Source of the DNA: the human T2T-CHM13v2.0 reference genome, Homo sapiens
Strand: one strand, 5' to 3'
DNA length: 64,000 nucleotides
Assembly (NCBI RefSeq): GCF_009914755.1
Contig: NC_060926.1
A program made the position numbers and the translations under genes. Positions 13,985 to 27,224 of the stretch are shown one piece after another (positions within the stretch are counted from its first letter, which is position 1; each line of letters begins with the position of its first letter). The notes under the pieces are model-generated. The model was not told where the DNA came from. It did not search any database and saw only the letters and a list, made by a program, of their open reading frames with translations.

Positions 13985-16479
13985 AATATTCCAAGTGGAG
14001 CCCTCACAGCACAGGTTTTCTCACTAAAATCCTCATGTGGGAGGTGCACGTCAGTCATAAAGTGCTTGCTGTTAGGTTGGTCATATTGGGTCCCGGGTCC
14101 CTAACACAGCTGTGGCCATTCCTGTCTCTTCTTCACGAAGTCATCAAAATAGCTGAAGGCTTAGAGCAAGCACAAAATCTTGTGTGGCCTCCAAACACAA
14201 ACAGGGAACGCTGTGAGGATGTTGAAAGGGAAGGGGTGGGGTGGAGCACGTGTCTTGAGCCTCCCGCTGGTGCACCACAGAGGAGAGACACCGAAAGACG
14301 GTGAATCGGATCGAGTTTGATGCCGATGGATGAAGGTACCTGTGCAGGTGTCGCAAGCCCGGCAAAGACAGAAGACAAATGTCGAGCTCTCCCAGCTTCT
14401 GCACAGAGCCGTTCAGATTCGGGAATTAATTTAATCCTCTCCACGACTATTAGTGGAAAATGGTATCCTCATCACATAACGAGACACGCTGAGGCTTCGG
14501 GAGCCCAGACACACTTTAACGGGAGTGAAGGACAAAGCCTGGGCTCGAATCTCAGGCTGTGTGCGCCCTCGGCTCACTGCGTTTTCAGCACCAGGCTCTA
14601 GTTCAGTGGGAAGGAGAAGTCCTCTCCTGTATATTCATGGAAAGCATTCATCGCCACACACACCCTGTAAACATGCCAGCCACGACTCTAAAACACAGAG
14701 AAAATATAGGCAAAGACAGGCGTGTCTGCTTTGAAAATCACGTCAATTTGTACCTTCAGCTAATACCTGGCCTCAGCCAACTGACGCCCCGAGTCTTCTC
14801 TTTTGTTATAGAAAAGGTTGACTTCAGTTTGTTCACCAGTCACAGAATTGTGAAGCGGTCTCCTGGCGATCCTCACTCAAAGCCAGCATGGCACGGGGAG
14901 GGAGGGGTGGCCCCGTGACATGACGGCTCCAAAGCAGATGCCTGGTGGACCCGCGGAGGGAGCGGTGACCGGGCGCCAGGTGCCCACGTGTGGCTGTGGC
15001 TCAGCGGCCTGCAGGCTGGGCTTGGCCCTCTGACAGGGATGGGGCCGTCCCCCGGTCCGACCACCTACACACTCGCTGCAGAGCAGTGCCTGGTTTGGGC
15101 ATCTGGAGACAAACCAGCGTGGCCAGGTGGGCTGGGAACAAACCCAGATGCACGTCCTCCCAGTGGCTTCCTGGGAACACTCAGACCCCAGCTTCCATCC
15201 CGGGCACCGCCCTCATGCCCTGCCAGCCTCTCTGGTATTGATTAGATCAAAAGCAGCACTTTGTGTAGGGTGATGGAACCTTCTAGGACATGAAAATCTC
15301 TTTCTAAGCAAAGGTGACTGTGAACAGTGCATCATCTGGTTCCTTATTTAACGAAGAGTTTCAAGTCTTTGACGAATTTTGTCATTTATCACGTTTCTAT
15401 CAACCCCTGGCTATCCACATCCTCTGCCTATCATTTATGTTCAGCAAAGCATCTATTCTTATTCTGAATTATGACCTCTTCTGTTTACTGACTTACTGTT
15501 CTTCTCAGCCACAGAACATACACTCAAGACTTCAGCTCTTGCCTGCCCTTCACCATCCAGCTCCACACTAATGTGTGGCACATAGAAGCTGCACAGTAAA
15601 TCTTTGTTGGCTTATTAATTAATTAGTAGTTGTTTGGAAGCTATAACATAATTTCCCAGGAATTAGTACTGTAATCCTATCCCTACAAGTTCACGAGAGA
15701 CAATTAAATTTATAATATAACAAATACAGAATGCTTGTGGTGAATATAATTTTGAGTTTTTTCTTTAATCAAAATGAAAAGCTATATAAGCTTTTGTAGG
15801 ACAGCGTGCCTCACTCTGGGTCAGAACTGAGCATATTAATTCATAAAAGCCTCTTTTCCAGGGTTCTGGTGGGAGTCCCACTGCCTCTGGAACCGTGGTG
15901 GTGAGCAGGTTTTCAAAACTCTGGTTCCTTCTACTAGGGATGCAGGAAGCTCCAGACTTTCCCTCTTCTTTCTCATGGGATCTACTACCCAGAGGTCAAT
16001 AGTGAGCCTCGGCTGCTGTTGAGACAGACAGGAGGGACAGAGTGCCAAAACAGTAGCAGCATCCACTAAAGGAAAATAAAGGTCCTTGAAAAAGTCAAAC
16101 TTACAGGTAACCCAATTATATCCAGAGAGTAAAGAAACAGTGATTCTCATAAGTTAGAAATGGTTACATTAATTATAATAATAAAGAAATGATCTGTGTG
16201 AACCACAGGAATAAGAGATGGAAGACGCGGTGGTCTCTATACACCAGCAATGCTCTTCGTACCCTTGGGTGCCATGTGGGCATTGCCGAGTTAGAGGGTG
16301 CCATGCTGCAGGTGCCGCTCCACACCCTGCTTTCCTCCCGGTCGTGCTTCCCATGCCCCGTGCCATGAGCACCTCCTGCTGCAAGGGCAGGGTGTTCCTG
16401 TGAAATAGTCATATGGGGTGGGAGATGAATGCACTTCAAATTCTCTAGGATCTGTCATTGGGAAAAGGGTCAAAGTGCC

Positions 16480-16890
16480 AATAGGCAGAAACCACCCAAA
16501 TATCCATCAGTGAACAAAAGTAAAAATGAGATGTGGCTTAGCCACGCAAAAGAACATCATTCATCCATAATCTAGAAAACACTGTGCCTAATGAGAGAGG
16601 CCAGATGCAAAAGACCTCTGAGCCTCTGTATATGTATGGAAGTCTAGGAGAGGAGTGTCTGTCCAGACAGGAGGCAGCTTAGTGGCTGCTGAGAGCTGTG
16701 GGCGGGGGAAGGAGGGACAACAGGAGAAGGGCAGGGGTCTCCTCTTTTTCTCCTGGAGCTGATGAAATGATCCAGTTGAGGGTGGGGATGGCTGCACGTA
16801 TTTGTGAATATACTCAAAACCATCGAATTGTATAATTTAAACATGCAAATTGTATGGTATTTGAAGTATAGCTCAATAAAGCTGTTTCCC
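16480..16890 (+). mobile_element. L1MB-type 3' end
   Basis: ACCCAAATATCCATCAGTG...GTGAATATACTCAAAACCATCGAATTGTATAATTTAAA...TATAGCTCAATAAAGCTG. Confidence 0.8.
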
Positions 16891-17262
16891 AAAAAGCTGA
16901 TGGAACAACAAGAAAAAATAGACACATTCACATGGCGAAACATGGTATGGAGAGAACATATAGTTTTAAATCCATATATTAGAAAATCACAAAGGCTGAA
17001 AATCAATAAATTTTGTGTGTGTATTTAAGATTTGTTTTACAATGGCATTAACAAAAGCAACAGAATCTATGCAAGACCAGTATGCTCAAAGTCATGAAAT
17101 GTTTTTTAAAGAAATTAAAGAAATAAGCAATGTTTGGATTCTGGAAGACTCAGCACAGTAAAGGTAAATAACCTCTAGAATCAAGGTCATCTCAGTGACA
17201 ATTCCTGCAGGCCTTTTCTTTTGTGGACATTGACAAACTGAGTCTAACATAGAGGCAGAGAC

Positions 17263-17370
17263 AAGGCATGGCCTGTAATCCCAGTGCTCTAGGAGGCCGA
17301 GGCCAGACATTCTAGACCAGATGGGGCAACATACTGAGATCCCATCCCTATGAAATATAATTTCAAAAAC
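17263..17370 (+). mobile_element. FLAM/Alu left-monomer fragment
   Basis: GCCTGTAATCCCAGTGCTCTAGGAGGCCGAGG...GGCAACATACTGAGATCCCATCCCTA. Confidence 0.75.
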
Positions 17371-18383
17371 ATAAAATACAGGCAGACAAATGATGAGCTG
17401 AGGGCAACGCAGACATGCAGGCCCCAGGAACTGCCCCATGGGCAGGTGGTTTCTCCTGCAGCAGTGACCAGCGGTGTGGGCGCAGAGACCATCAGGAGGA
17501 TGGAATGGAAACTGGAGCTAAGAATCAGACCCTCACAGACACAGATACTTAGCTTATGGCTGAGTTTGGGGTAGAGAGCAAAGTGATGTGTTTTTTTTTT
17601 TTTTTTTTACTTCAATAGATAATATTGGGTCAAATAAATATGAAAACTAAATAATGAGACTTGATATATACTTTATACTGCACACAAAAATAAATGTAGG
17701 GTGAATTTTAAATCTAAATGTGAAAGACATAAGAAGACAAATTGTAAACAATAACAAGATATCTACATTTTTTATTAGGGAATTATTTCTTTAAAGAGAC
17801 ACAAGGAATAACAACCATGAAAGAATAAATCGACACATTGGATTGCATTTGTATTAAGAATATTTGCTCCTGCAGAGACACCGATAAAAAGTTAAAAGCA
17901 AGTCACACGGTGCAGGAGCGTCCTTGCGACACGTAGCTGGCAGAGAGCTTGTCGCTGACACAGAGAATAACTCCCATAAATCAGGATCAAAACCATAAAT
18001 GGCCTAATTAAACAGATGGGTAAGAGACTGAAATGGGTCCTTTACAGAAGAGGATATCCAGCTGCCCAATATCCGTATGAAATGTCTTAGACCTCATTTG
18101 CAAACAACTTTCTGTAATTAGGAAAATGCAAAATTAAAGCGCAACGGATACCACCACACCATGGATGGCGAAACAAAAGGAAGCAATATTGCCATCATCA
18201 GGCCACAATAAAGGTACTCATTTATGACCTGGCAATGTCACACCTAACAAGACACAGAGCAGGGCTGCGAGCTGTGTGCAGGAGGACACATGGACGGATA
18301 TTCACACAATTGAAGATTTGAAAGACGCCAACGTGCAGCAGGGGCAGGGTGTGGACACAGCCCTTCGGGGGAGGAGTCCACAG

Positions 18384-18610
18384 CAGGGGCGTCTGCAAAC
18401 CTTTTCTGTAGGAGCCAGGCAGTGAGTGGTGTAGGCTCTGCAGGCCATGCGGCCTCTATCAGGGGCTCACCCTGGCCACTGCAGGGAGCAGCAGTCTTCG
18501 CCAACAAGTAAAGGAAAGAGCATGGCTGTGTCCCAATAAGACTTTGTAGACTAAAACAGGCCACAGTAGCTGAATGTGGCCCCCACAGATGGTAGTTTGT
18601 TGACTCCTTG
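18384..18610 (+). mobile_element. MER58A-like hAT-Charlie non-autonomous DNA transposon
   Basis: CAGGGG..GCAAACCTTTTCTGTA start, GCATGGCTGTGTCCCAATAAGACTTT core, and TAGTTTGTTGACTCCTTG end. Confidence 0.8.
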
Positions 18611-19264
18611 TTTAAAGCAATATAAGTTAATGGACTGAAGTGATATGTGTGCAGTAAAGTGGATAAATATCACAAATGAAATGTCGCATAAAAACAGGTA
18701 GACACAAGAGTGCAGATCACAGAATTCCATTTTCATAAATTTCAAACAAGATAAAACCATAGTATTCAAAGGTGAAGGTCTAGGTTGTAGAAAGGATGAA
18801 GAAAGAAAAGTGAGGAAAGGACAACTACGAATGATCAGTCTGGTTGTTCCTTTTTCAGAAAAAGGAGGAGGTAGTGACTGTGAGAGGTGTGAGGGAGTAC
18901 CGTAGGTTACTTTCAGTCTTCTGCTTTTTGACCAAAGTGTTTGATTGATCATAAGCTTCCAAACTGTGCATTTTGTTCTTTTTTATATGTGTGTTATAAT
19001 TTGCAATACAAATAAAATGTTCTCATATTTATCTATGTAAAATAATGAATTTGTGGTGGGTAACCCTCCAAAGTATATAGCATTCCCATTTCACAAGACA
19101 GACAGCTGTGGCCCGAGAAGACAGACTCGGTTCTCAGAGATATGAAGTAGAATAGTGGCACTGGGATGACAATATGTGTTTTTAGCAGAGGGAGGTGAGG
19201 ACTGAAGCTTGTTTTTATAAAACTCTCTTTTAAAACCTGGAGTTAAAGGGAGTGCAGGAGGCAA

Positions 19265-19405
19265 AATTTAAAAGATGCCCCACACCCCAGCCCCAGCAGT
19301 GTCAATCCTGGGCTATCTGGTCAACACTAATCTCAACACCCCCCTGAAGGAGATTTGCAGACAGAATTAAAGTCCCAAGTCAGGTGACCGTAAATAAGGT
19401 AAATA
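19265..19405 (+). mobile_element. MLT1 LTR 5' fragment
   Basis: AAAGATGCCCC...AACACTAATCT...GAAGGAGATTTGCAGACAGAATTAAAGTCCCAAGTCAG. Confidence 0.6.
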
Positions 19406-20390
19406 ACTATTCCTGGAATTTCATGTTGAAATTTTTTTGTATCTGTGATTTTGTATCCCCTCAAAAACATGAGAGTGAAAGAATATAAAAGATAGTAATC
19501 TTGGTGATGAGTGCATGAGTGTCTTTATTGAATGCTTAAAATATTTTATAATTAATAAAAATGCATAAGTAAGAATACAAATAAATAATATGAAAATGAG
19601 ACAAGGGATCAGGAAAATATACTATGTATTTGTATAAGATTTAATAGTTTTTCACCAAAAGTAAAAGTTGGTAAGAATTAACAGTGTAACATATATTTTA
19701 GACTACTGGAAAAACAGTTTTACATGCCAGGCATGTAAGGAAAGTAAAATGTGCTTTTGGTAAAAGATTATAATAAGTCATGGGAATAGTATTTTCTTGC
19801 CCAGTTTAGAGGGTTAAAGGATTGTTTTAAGTTAGATAGAATAAAGCTAAAAGTTTGAGCAAGTTGTGGAAGGTTTGTGAAAAAGTAGTCTTGTAAAAGA
19901 AATTCTGTGTGTGATCACATTGCTAAAGTTAAAGGGGTATTATTCAGTTATTCTGTAAATTGAACATAGGAATGAAAGCATAACACAGTTTTCTTAGAAC
20001 ATTGCTCTGCTTTTTAACAGAAAACTGTAAAGGGTTATAAAAGGTTTATGAAAATCTTTCATTATGGTCAAACTGATTAATATTAAATAGATTTGTCCAT
20101 AAGGTTTTATTAAGAATTGGATTTAACATCAATAGTACACTAATGCAAAGGTAAAATTTGGCTTTTTTTTGAACTGTATTTGTATAAATGTGTTGTTGGT
20201 ATGTGTTCCAAAATCATGTGAAACTTCCATAATTCTAATATGACTTAGTATACATTATTAGTAATAACTATAATTATTTTAAATAATTGTGTGCCACAGA
20301 AGTGACAAATTTCCTTGTCAATTGTGTCTTTGACTATGGCTGCCCTAAGGTTTTTTGTTATCCACAGACAATTGTCTCATTCTAATTATC

Positions 20391-20697
20391 TTTTTTTTTT
20401 TTTTTTTTTTTGAGACGGAGTCTCTCTCTTTCGCCCAGGCCAGAGTGCAGTGGCGCTATCTTGGCTCACTGCAAGCTCCGCCTCCTGGGTTCACACCATT
20501 CTCCTGCCTCAGCCTCCCGAGCAGCTGGGACTATAGGCATCCACCACCACATCTGGCTACTTTTTTGTATTTTTTTTTTAGTAGAGACGGGATTTCACCA
20601 TGTTAGCCAGGATGGTGTTGATCTCCTGACTTCGTGATCCGCCTACCTCGGCCTCCCAAAGTGCTGGGATTACAGGTGTGAGCCACCGCGCCCGGCC
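20391..20697 (-). mobile_element. Full-length AluY-like element inserted in the ERV internal region
   Basis: CACTGCAAGCTCCGCC, CACCATTCTCC and TTAGCCAGGATGG diagnostics. Confidence 0.93.
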
Positions 20698-21338
20698 ACA
20701 AACAGACTCTTTTAAGGAATCAAAGTTCACTTATAGAGCCGATAAAGGCCTGTTGGGAAAACTGGCCTAATACTTTGTCTACCCAGTCCCTGTGCAGGGT
20801 TCCTGACCTGTAGTAAGTAAAGAACGTTACTTTCTAAGAGGCCCAGGAACCCAAGTTATCTTGGGACCTGAAGAGAAGAAGAATTTATGCAGCTAATACA
20901 GGTATTTGATGGCACAAGTCCATGGCAGGGCTCAAGGCTTTAAAAAGTCTTATCTGAGATTCCTTACGGAACAAAGTTCTATCAAAGCCAATTTTAAAAA
21001 GAGGTTATGATTATTCTTGCTATGTTTTATGCAAATAATCAGGCCAAGTATAATATGACTAAAGCTTATTTTGCAAATGAATCAGTCCTATCATGATTTG
21101 ATTTTAATAAAAATTAGGACTATAGAGATAAAAATTATGTTTCAAGAACTGTAGTACACCTGTTATTAGATTCCAGTCTCATCAGTTGTTCATGAGGTTT
21201 TTTTTTCCATGCAATTCAGACTGATCCTGCTCACTCCTATCAACCAACCATGATGTCTGGCTGCAGCTCAGAAGAAACAAGAGGGATGGGTAATGCAAAA
21301 ATCTGGATCAATATTCTAATTTTGGGCATATACTGGAA

Positions 21339-21780
21339 TTAAGGGCTAACAAGAGCAGATCCACTCTTTAGCAGCCGTAGTCCTTCAAATCATTAAGGGC
21401 TGACAAGAGCAGATCCACTCTTTAGCAGCCATAGTCCTTCAAATCATTAAGGACTAACACTAACACACAACAGGTAGGACCAATGTTAACTAATGTTCAC
21501 AGCAGCTCAGAGAGGAGTTTCCTTAGCCTCAAATAAAAAATATTGCTTTTGGGTAAATCAATCAGGAAAAGTACAAGACAACATCAGACAACTTGTAAAT
21601 GCAGCCTCTTGTTTGTGGGAACAAGCCTCTCAGGGCTGGCTTGTTCTCCAAAAGGAACCTGGGGAAGGAACCTAGAAATGGCTCTCCTGGGTTTTTCCCT
21701 TTGAAGACCACTTGTTAGTCTCCTACTTTTGCTCCTTCATGGTCCATGTCTTCTAAATCTAATAACCTGATATGTCTCCT
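21339..21780 (+). pseudogene. Decayed retroviral env transmembrane segment
   Basis: TTAGCAGCCGTAGTCCTTCAAA encodes LAAVVLQ (start of the immunosuppressive domain), followed by the CFWVNQSG motif and a hydrophobic stretch; frameshifts and stops present. Confidence 0.8.
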
Positions 21781-22103
21781 CCTGCCTTCAGGCCATCAAG
21801 TTCCAGATGACCCTCAGCGGAATACCATCCTCTCAAGATTCAAGAGCCATCCTTCTACAGAGGACCCTTAGACTGCCCATCAGTGTAAAGCAACAGAGTT
21901 GAAATCTTGCCCCATCTCCCTTGGACCTGGCTAGACACTGCTTTCACCAACCTAAAGAGTCATCTGCCTTCCCTGACAGCAGCAAGAGGCCAAGACCCAC
22001 AGAACCACCACCACTGCCCGTGTGTCAACAGGAAGCAGTTACAGAAGACTGACCTTAATCCATTTTCCCCCAAAATTGGGGTCTTGGACTCTTGAGGGGG
22101 AAA

Positions 22104-22781
22104 TGCTACAGCAGGAAGTCAGGCAGACGTGAGAGCCCCCCTGGCCAGGAATGTCAGGTAACTATCAGGTGATGGCCAGGAGGTGGTTAACAGTCTCTCC
22201 AAAATAATTGGTCACAGCTGGCACCAGGGAACAGCAGTTTCCCAATGGACAGAAAACACCTGAAACTGGATCAGCAGCTTCCCCATAAGATCTCAGGAGC
22301 TGGGTGAGCAGGCTCAAGCACGCACACTAAAAGGCAAAATGGTGGAGTTTAACTGGTATATGACCTTCCAGGAATATTCAGCTACTATGGGAAGAACGCC
22401 TCAAGCAAGCAGACGTACAACTTCAGTAAACCTACTGTGCACATGGCCCCTCCCAAGGGCTGGCAGGCCACTGTGCATGCGGACAGCCCACCGCATGGGA
22501 ATAATCAGGGGAAAGGGATGCAACTGAAAGCATGCCAATGGATACAACTCCAAGTCAAAGGTCAAACCACACACTTGACTTGCTCAAGCCACCAACTTGC
22601 CTTCTTCCAAGTGGACTTTCCTTTCTTTTGTTCCCACTCTAGGCTTTTTAATACGCTTTCTCTCCTCCACTAAAACTTGCCTTAGTCTCTCCTTCTGCCT
22701 ATGCCCCTCAATGAAAGTCTTTCTTCCGAGGAGACAAGAACTGAGGTTGCTGCAGACTCATACAGATTCACCATGGCTAAC
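22104..22781 (+). mobile_element. MER50-type 3' LTR
   Basis: TGCTACAG start after the PPT; CAGGAATGTCAGG...ATCAGCAGCTTCCCCATAAGATCTCAGGAG...GAGGTTGCTGCAGAC...GCTAAC end matches recalled MER50. Confidence 0.85.
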
Positions 22782-23065
22782 CCTCATAAGTCACGTGCCA
22801 GCTCAGGACAGCAATGTTTATCTTTCTTCCTGCTGACTCTGTGTTGTTGAGGAAAACATCATATTTTTGTCTCCAAGATTCAGGCTTAGAAATGCTTCTT
22901 CATAAGGATTCATTTTGATGCTTTTGCTTTCCCCTTGAAATCTACCTGAAAGGATCATCCAGAATTGAACCTTCAGGACCTAAGCCTCTGGGCAAGATTC
23001 AATCTTTCCTCCCTTTTCCAGCTCTGCATAGTGTAAATGTGGTGGGGTTTCACCCCAATTCCTGT

Positions 23066-23517
23066 TGTAAACCAAAAAGTATCTGAGATGGGTCTCAATC
23101 AGTTTAGAAGTTTGTTTTGCCAATGTTAACCGCATGCTCAGGAGAAAAATAACAACACGGAATCACAAAAACAGTCCATGGTGTGTGCCTTTCTCCAAAG
23201 ATGATGCTAAGAGCTTCTATAGTTGAAGGGGAAATGGGAGCTGGAGGGGAAAGAGGAAGGGTGTGGTCATCCACATGCGGCAAGAGGAAAGGACAGGCAG
23301 AACAGTCAACTGCGCAACCACCTCCTGCCCAGCAACTCTGCACTTTCCATAAGACAAAGTGGACATAGAGCAGCTGCTTGTGGAGATGCATCACCTTCTA
23401 TCTGTCGTTCTCTGCTTAGGAACAAAAGGAAAGGCAGCTGCTTGCACGACTCGTCTTCCAGCTTCATTCCTCCTCTTTGCAGAGTAAATGGGGTCCCCAG
23501 CTCTTAGTTTCCTTTCA
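23066..23517 (-). mobile_element. MER4-group ERV1 solo LTR
   Basis: TGTAAACCAAAAAGTATCTGAGATGGGTCTCAATCAGTTTAGAAGTTTGTTTTGCC...TTTCCTTTCA. Confidence 0.8.
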
Positions 23518-25392
23518 TGGTGCCGCAGCCAGAGTGAACGCAATAATCAAATGCATTTTCCTTCTATGTAGAGAAAAGGAAAATATACTTTACCACCAAT
23601 TTTTGTGTCTATTTTTATTTGCACTGTTTGAAATTGGTAAACTCTGATTACTTCCTTTGAGGTCACTTTACCCACACAATGCCTCCAACGCTGACATGGA
23701 CTCCGTTCTCCACTAGCTGCAGTCAGGCCCCTCCTCACCTCCTCCTGCCATGGCCCAGTTCTTGGCTGCTGAGCCCAGGTTAGCAAGACTACCCGAGTCG
23801 AACCCATGTCCCCGACCCCTCAGCATTCCTGGCCCTTCGTCCCTGGAGGTCCTTGCTGTGTTCGGCTGAGCCCAGGCCCGCACTTTGGCCTTGCAGCCCT
23901 GAGGCAGCAACTGGAATAAACTCTGTCTTGCTATTTTTAACAAGCCTCTGCTACAAATCACAACAGGCCCCTTTAGGGTCTGGCATTTGAAAAGAGTAAT
24001 TCCTTTTCTATTAAAAAAAATTCCTTAAAGACTTTATATAACTGAGAAAAAACCTTGCAAAGCATCACTCAACAGCAACAAGAAAACACAACAACTTAAA
24101 GATTAGGATAGAGTAAACAGGGTTTCATCCCAATGAAAGTGCCAGGGCTGAGCACCTGCTGAGAAGGTAGTTATGCTGAAGGATCCCCCTTTGCCCTGTC
24201 CCCTGAAGGCACTCACATCTGTAAAGCCCCCTTTCCTTTCCCTGCTGTGCTGATTATTTCAGGGCCCTTTCCATTATCCCGAGCTGCCCTACCTGAATCC
24301 CTGTCATCCAGCCCACAGCAACCCCTCAAGCCCTACCTCAGTCTCCCCACGTGACCTCCCCCACATGCTGGCCTGCACCCTTCTAGGGTGGATGGTTCTC
24401 TTACTTGGTTGTGGACACACAGGGTGGTCCCTGCTCCTGCCAATGGAGTTCATTTCCTCAGCCCAGCCCGGGGTGTCCACTTTCCCACTCTGACCATACC
24501 CCTCGTCTCTTTCTGGTGAGGACCTGGGAGCTGCAACCTCCACCCTCACCCTCTGTTCTCCATTGTCCCAACAGCCCTCTCCTGCCCATCCCAATCCTCA
24601 AGACCCCTGCTTAGGCCTTCCTATGCCGTTCGCTGCGCAGCAGGCTTCTCCCTTGTGTGGGACTCCGCACATGTCCTGCCCGTCCCACCTCACACTGAGT
24701 TACTGATCCTCTGGTGGGCGCCCCCCTGGCACCTGCCTGTGAGATTGGAGGCTCACCTGGCTTCCATACCACCCCCCAGGATGAAACCCAGGGCTTCGCG
24801 TGTGGTCGCGTTCAACATCTTTTCCAAATACCTGCATGAATTCTGTGACATTTTTATGCCTAGCACTGCAGGCGTCTGAGCCCTCATAAAGTCCTTTCAC
24901 TTGACCTTAATTACACAAATGGATATGATTCTACAGGGGAATAAAAATAAATTGGCATATCACAGACGGGATGTTTACTTTTAGTGGAAACTTAGCAAAA
25001 CCCTTTTGTAGAATGACTTTCCCATTCACAGTCAAGAGTATTTTTAGATCAGCAGCCAACACTGAACAGGAGCCAAGAGGAACTTCCCGCAACCCACGTT
25101 CTTTCACTGACCACCACCCTGTCTAGCACCTTCCAGAGGACGAGCTTGTTCTGACCCTCATCACCAGAATCTCTGTGACCCAATGAACATGGAAATTCAT
25201 TAAAAATAAATTTAAAATGTCTGCAACAATCTACTTTATGATCCATTAGAAAATGTATTACATACCTTTGACTTATCATAGAGAGATCACTGCTCTGTTT
25301 TAAAATTCTTCATACAGTGACTTTTTAAAATAAAGTCTTATGAAACATGCTTGAAATAGATGCCAAAAATTCTTACAAACATTACTATATGC

Positions 25393-25729
25393 TTTTTTTT
25401 TTTTTTTCTGAGATGGAGACCCACTGTGTCACCCAGGCTGGAGTGCAGTGGCACAATCTCGGCTCACTACAATCTCCGTCTCCCATAATTCCTCCACCTC
25501 AGCCCTCCAAGTAGCTGGAATTATAGGCATGCATCACCATGCCCAGCTATTTTTTCTATTTTGGGTAGAGACAGGGTCCCAAGCTTTTATTTTCAACCAT
25601 GGCTTTTATTATAGTCAATGGGGTGTCTTCATGTTGGCCAGGATGGTCTTGAACTCCTGACCTCAAGTGATCTGTTCACCTTGGCCTCCCAAAGTGCTGG
25701 GATTACAGTTGTGAGCCACTGAGCCAGCC
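25393..25729 (-). mobile_element. Alu (old S/J) with a ~45 bp internal non-Alu insert
   Basis: Antisense Alu flanked by TATATGCTTT on both sides; foreign sequence at ~25578-25625. Confidence 0.9.
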
Positions 25730-25917
25730 AACATTCCTTATATGCTTTATTGGACCTTTTTTCTTAGTTTTTTTCTTTAATGTGTCACCTCATTAATTGT
25801 GTTTGGACTCATTTCAAAATACTGTTTTCCTGTCTTTAGAGGAAGAGATTGGCTATTGCTTTCTCATTATAGTTCTTGTGTTTGTCTTCTACAGTCACTT
25901 TTTAAATGTAAAACAAC

Positions 25918-26243
25918 AGATATGGTTAGGCTTTGTGTCCCCACCCAAATCTCAATCTTGAATTGTAATCCCCATAATGGGAGGTTTCCCCCACAGTTCT
26001 CATGCTAGTGAGTGAATGCTCAGGAGATCTGATGGTTTTGTAAGGGGCTCTTCCCCCTTCGCTCAGCACTTCTTCCTGCTGCCCTGAGAATAAGGTGCCT
26101 GCTTCCCCTTCATTTTCCCCCACGACTAAGTTTCCTGAGGCCTCCCAAGTCATGCTGAACTGTGAGTCAACTAAACTTCTTTCCTTTATAAATTATCCAG
26201 TCTCAGGCAGTTCTTTATAGTAGTAAGAAAATGGACTAATACA
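25918..26243 (+). mobile_element. THE1D/MSTA-type MaLR LTR with internal deletion
   Basis: GATATGGTTAGGCTTTGTGTCCCCACCCAAATCTC...GAGATCTGATGGTTTT...GGACTAATACA. Confidence 0.9.
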
Positions 26244-26867
26244 TCAATTTATGATTTAATTTTGGTACATAAGGAAGAAATGCAAACCCAGAAGACAACT
26301 CGCTTGAGACCAGGACTCACCATGACTATGGTTTTGCATTAAGTCATTCATAGCATCTCACTCCTGCTTCTTTTTCGTGGTAGAGGGGAGATCCACTGAC
26401 CATGTCTAGTCTGGATTCCAAATTCTCATGTTTTTGTCTCTGTGCTTTTCATACACAGAGCCAAAAACTCTTGTCTACTTCTTTCAAGTCTACTGAATGC
26501 AACACTGCCATGACTACCAATCTGCAAGTACAGAACACTTTTACAGGTTCGTGGTTAAACCAATAACCTTGACATTCTTATGGGGAAGTCCTGTGGTTCA
26601 GAGTGATGGGGAACAGAACCGTGAAGGCCCTGAAGGAAGAATGACGGGGCAGGTCTCACCACTTTGATTTGCCGTCTGGCATCTAAGTCCTCTCTGAGCT
26701 GTTTCTCACTTCACAGATTCTTCACCCAGCTTACAACCCAGAGCTTCTCTCAAACCTCCAAGTAGGTTTAGCTCTCAAAGGTTTCCTTGTTGCCCTTATC
26801 TCACGTACTAAATTGTAAGATATTTTGTTCATAAGCATTTTTCATCCTCACTGGCTTTTCCTTCTTT

Positions 26868-27224
<357 letters not shown>

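Larger units (their letters stand above)
16895..19020 (+). mobile_element. Old L1 (L1ME/MD-like) fragments interrupted by a FLAM-like monomer and MER58
   Basis: Degenerate ORF2 and 3'UTR motifs (TGGATTCTGGAAGACTCAG, AATCTAAATGTGAAAG, TTATGACCTGGCAATG, TTCCATTTTCATAAATTTCAAAC). Confidence 0.65.
19600..22103 (+). mobile_element. ERV1 internal sequence (MER50-int/MER4-group-like) with env TM remnant and polypurine tract
   Basis: AT-rich MER4-group internal motifs. The ORF at 21493 reads TAAQRGVSLASNKKYCFWVNQSGKVQDNIRQL (gamma-type env TM, decayed CX6CC). GAGGGGGAAA PPT lies directly before the LTR. Confidence 0.85.

Noticed and set aside
13372-14304. Mucin-like Ser/Thr or Pro-rich ORFs
   Set aside because: They are translations of the 33 bp VNTR, interrupted by frameshifting units, with no signal peptide or exon structure.
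14130-15250. CpG-enriched unique stretch as a coding exon or promoter
   Set aside because: No recognisable protein in any frame and no convincing splice pair or core promoter; a regulatory role is possible but unsupported from sequence alone.
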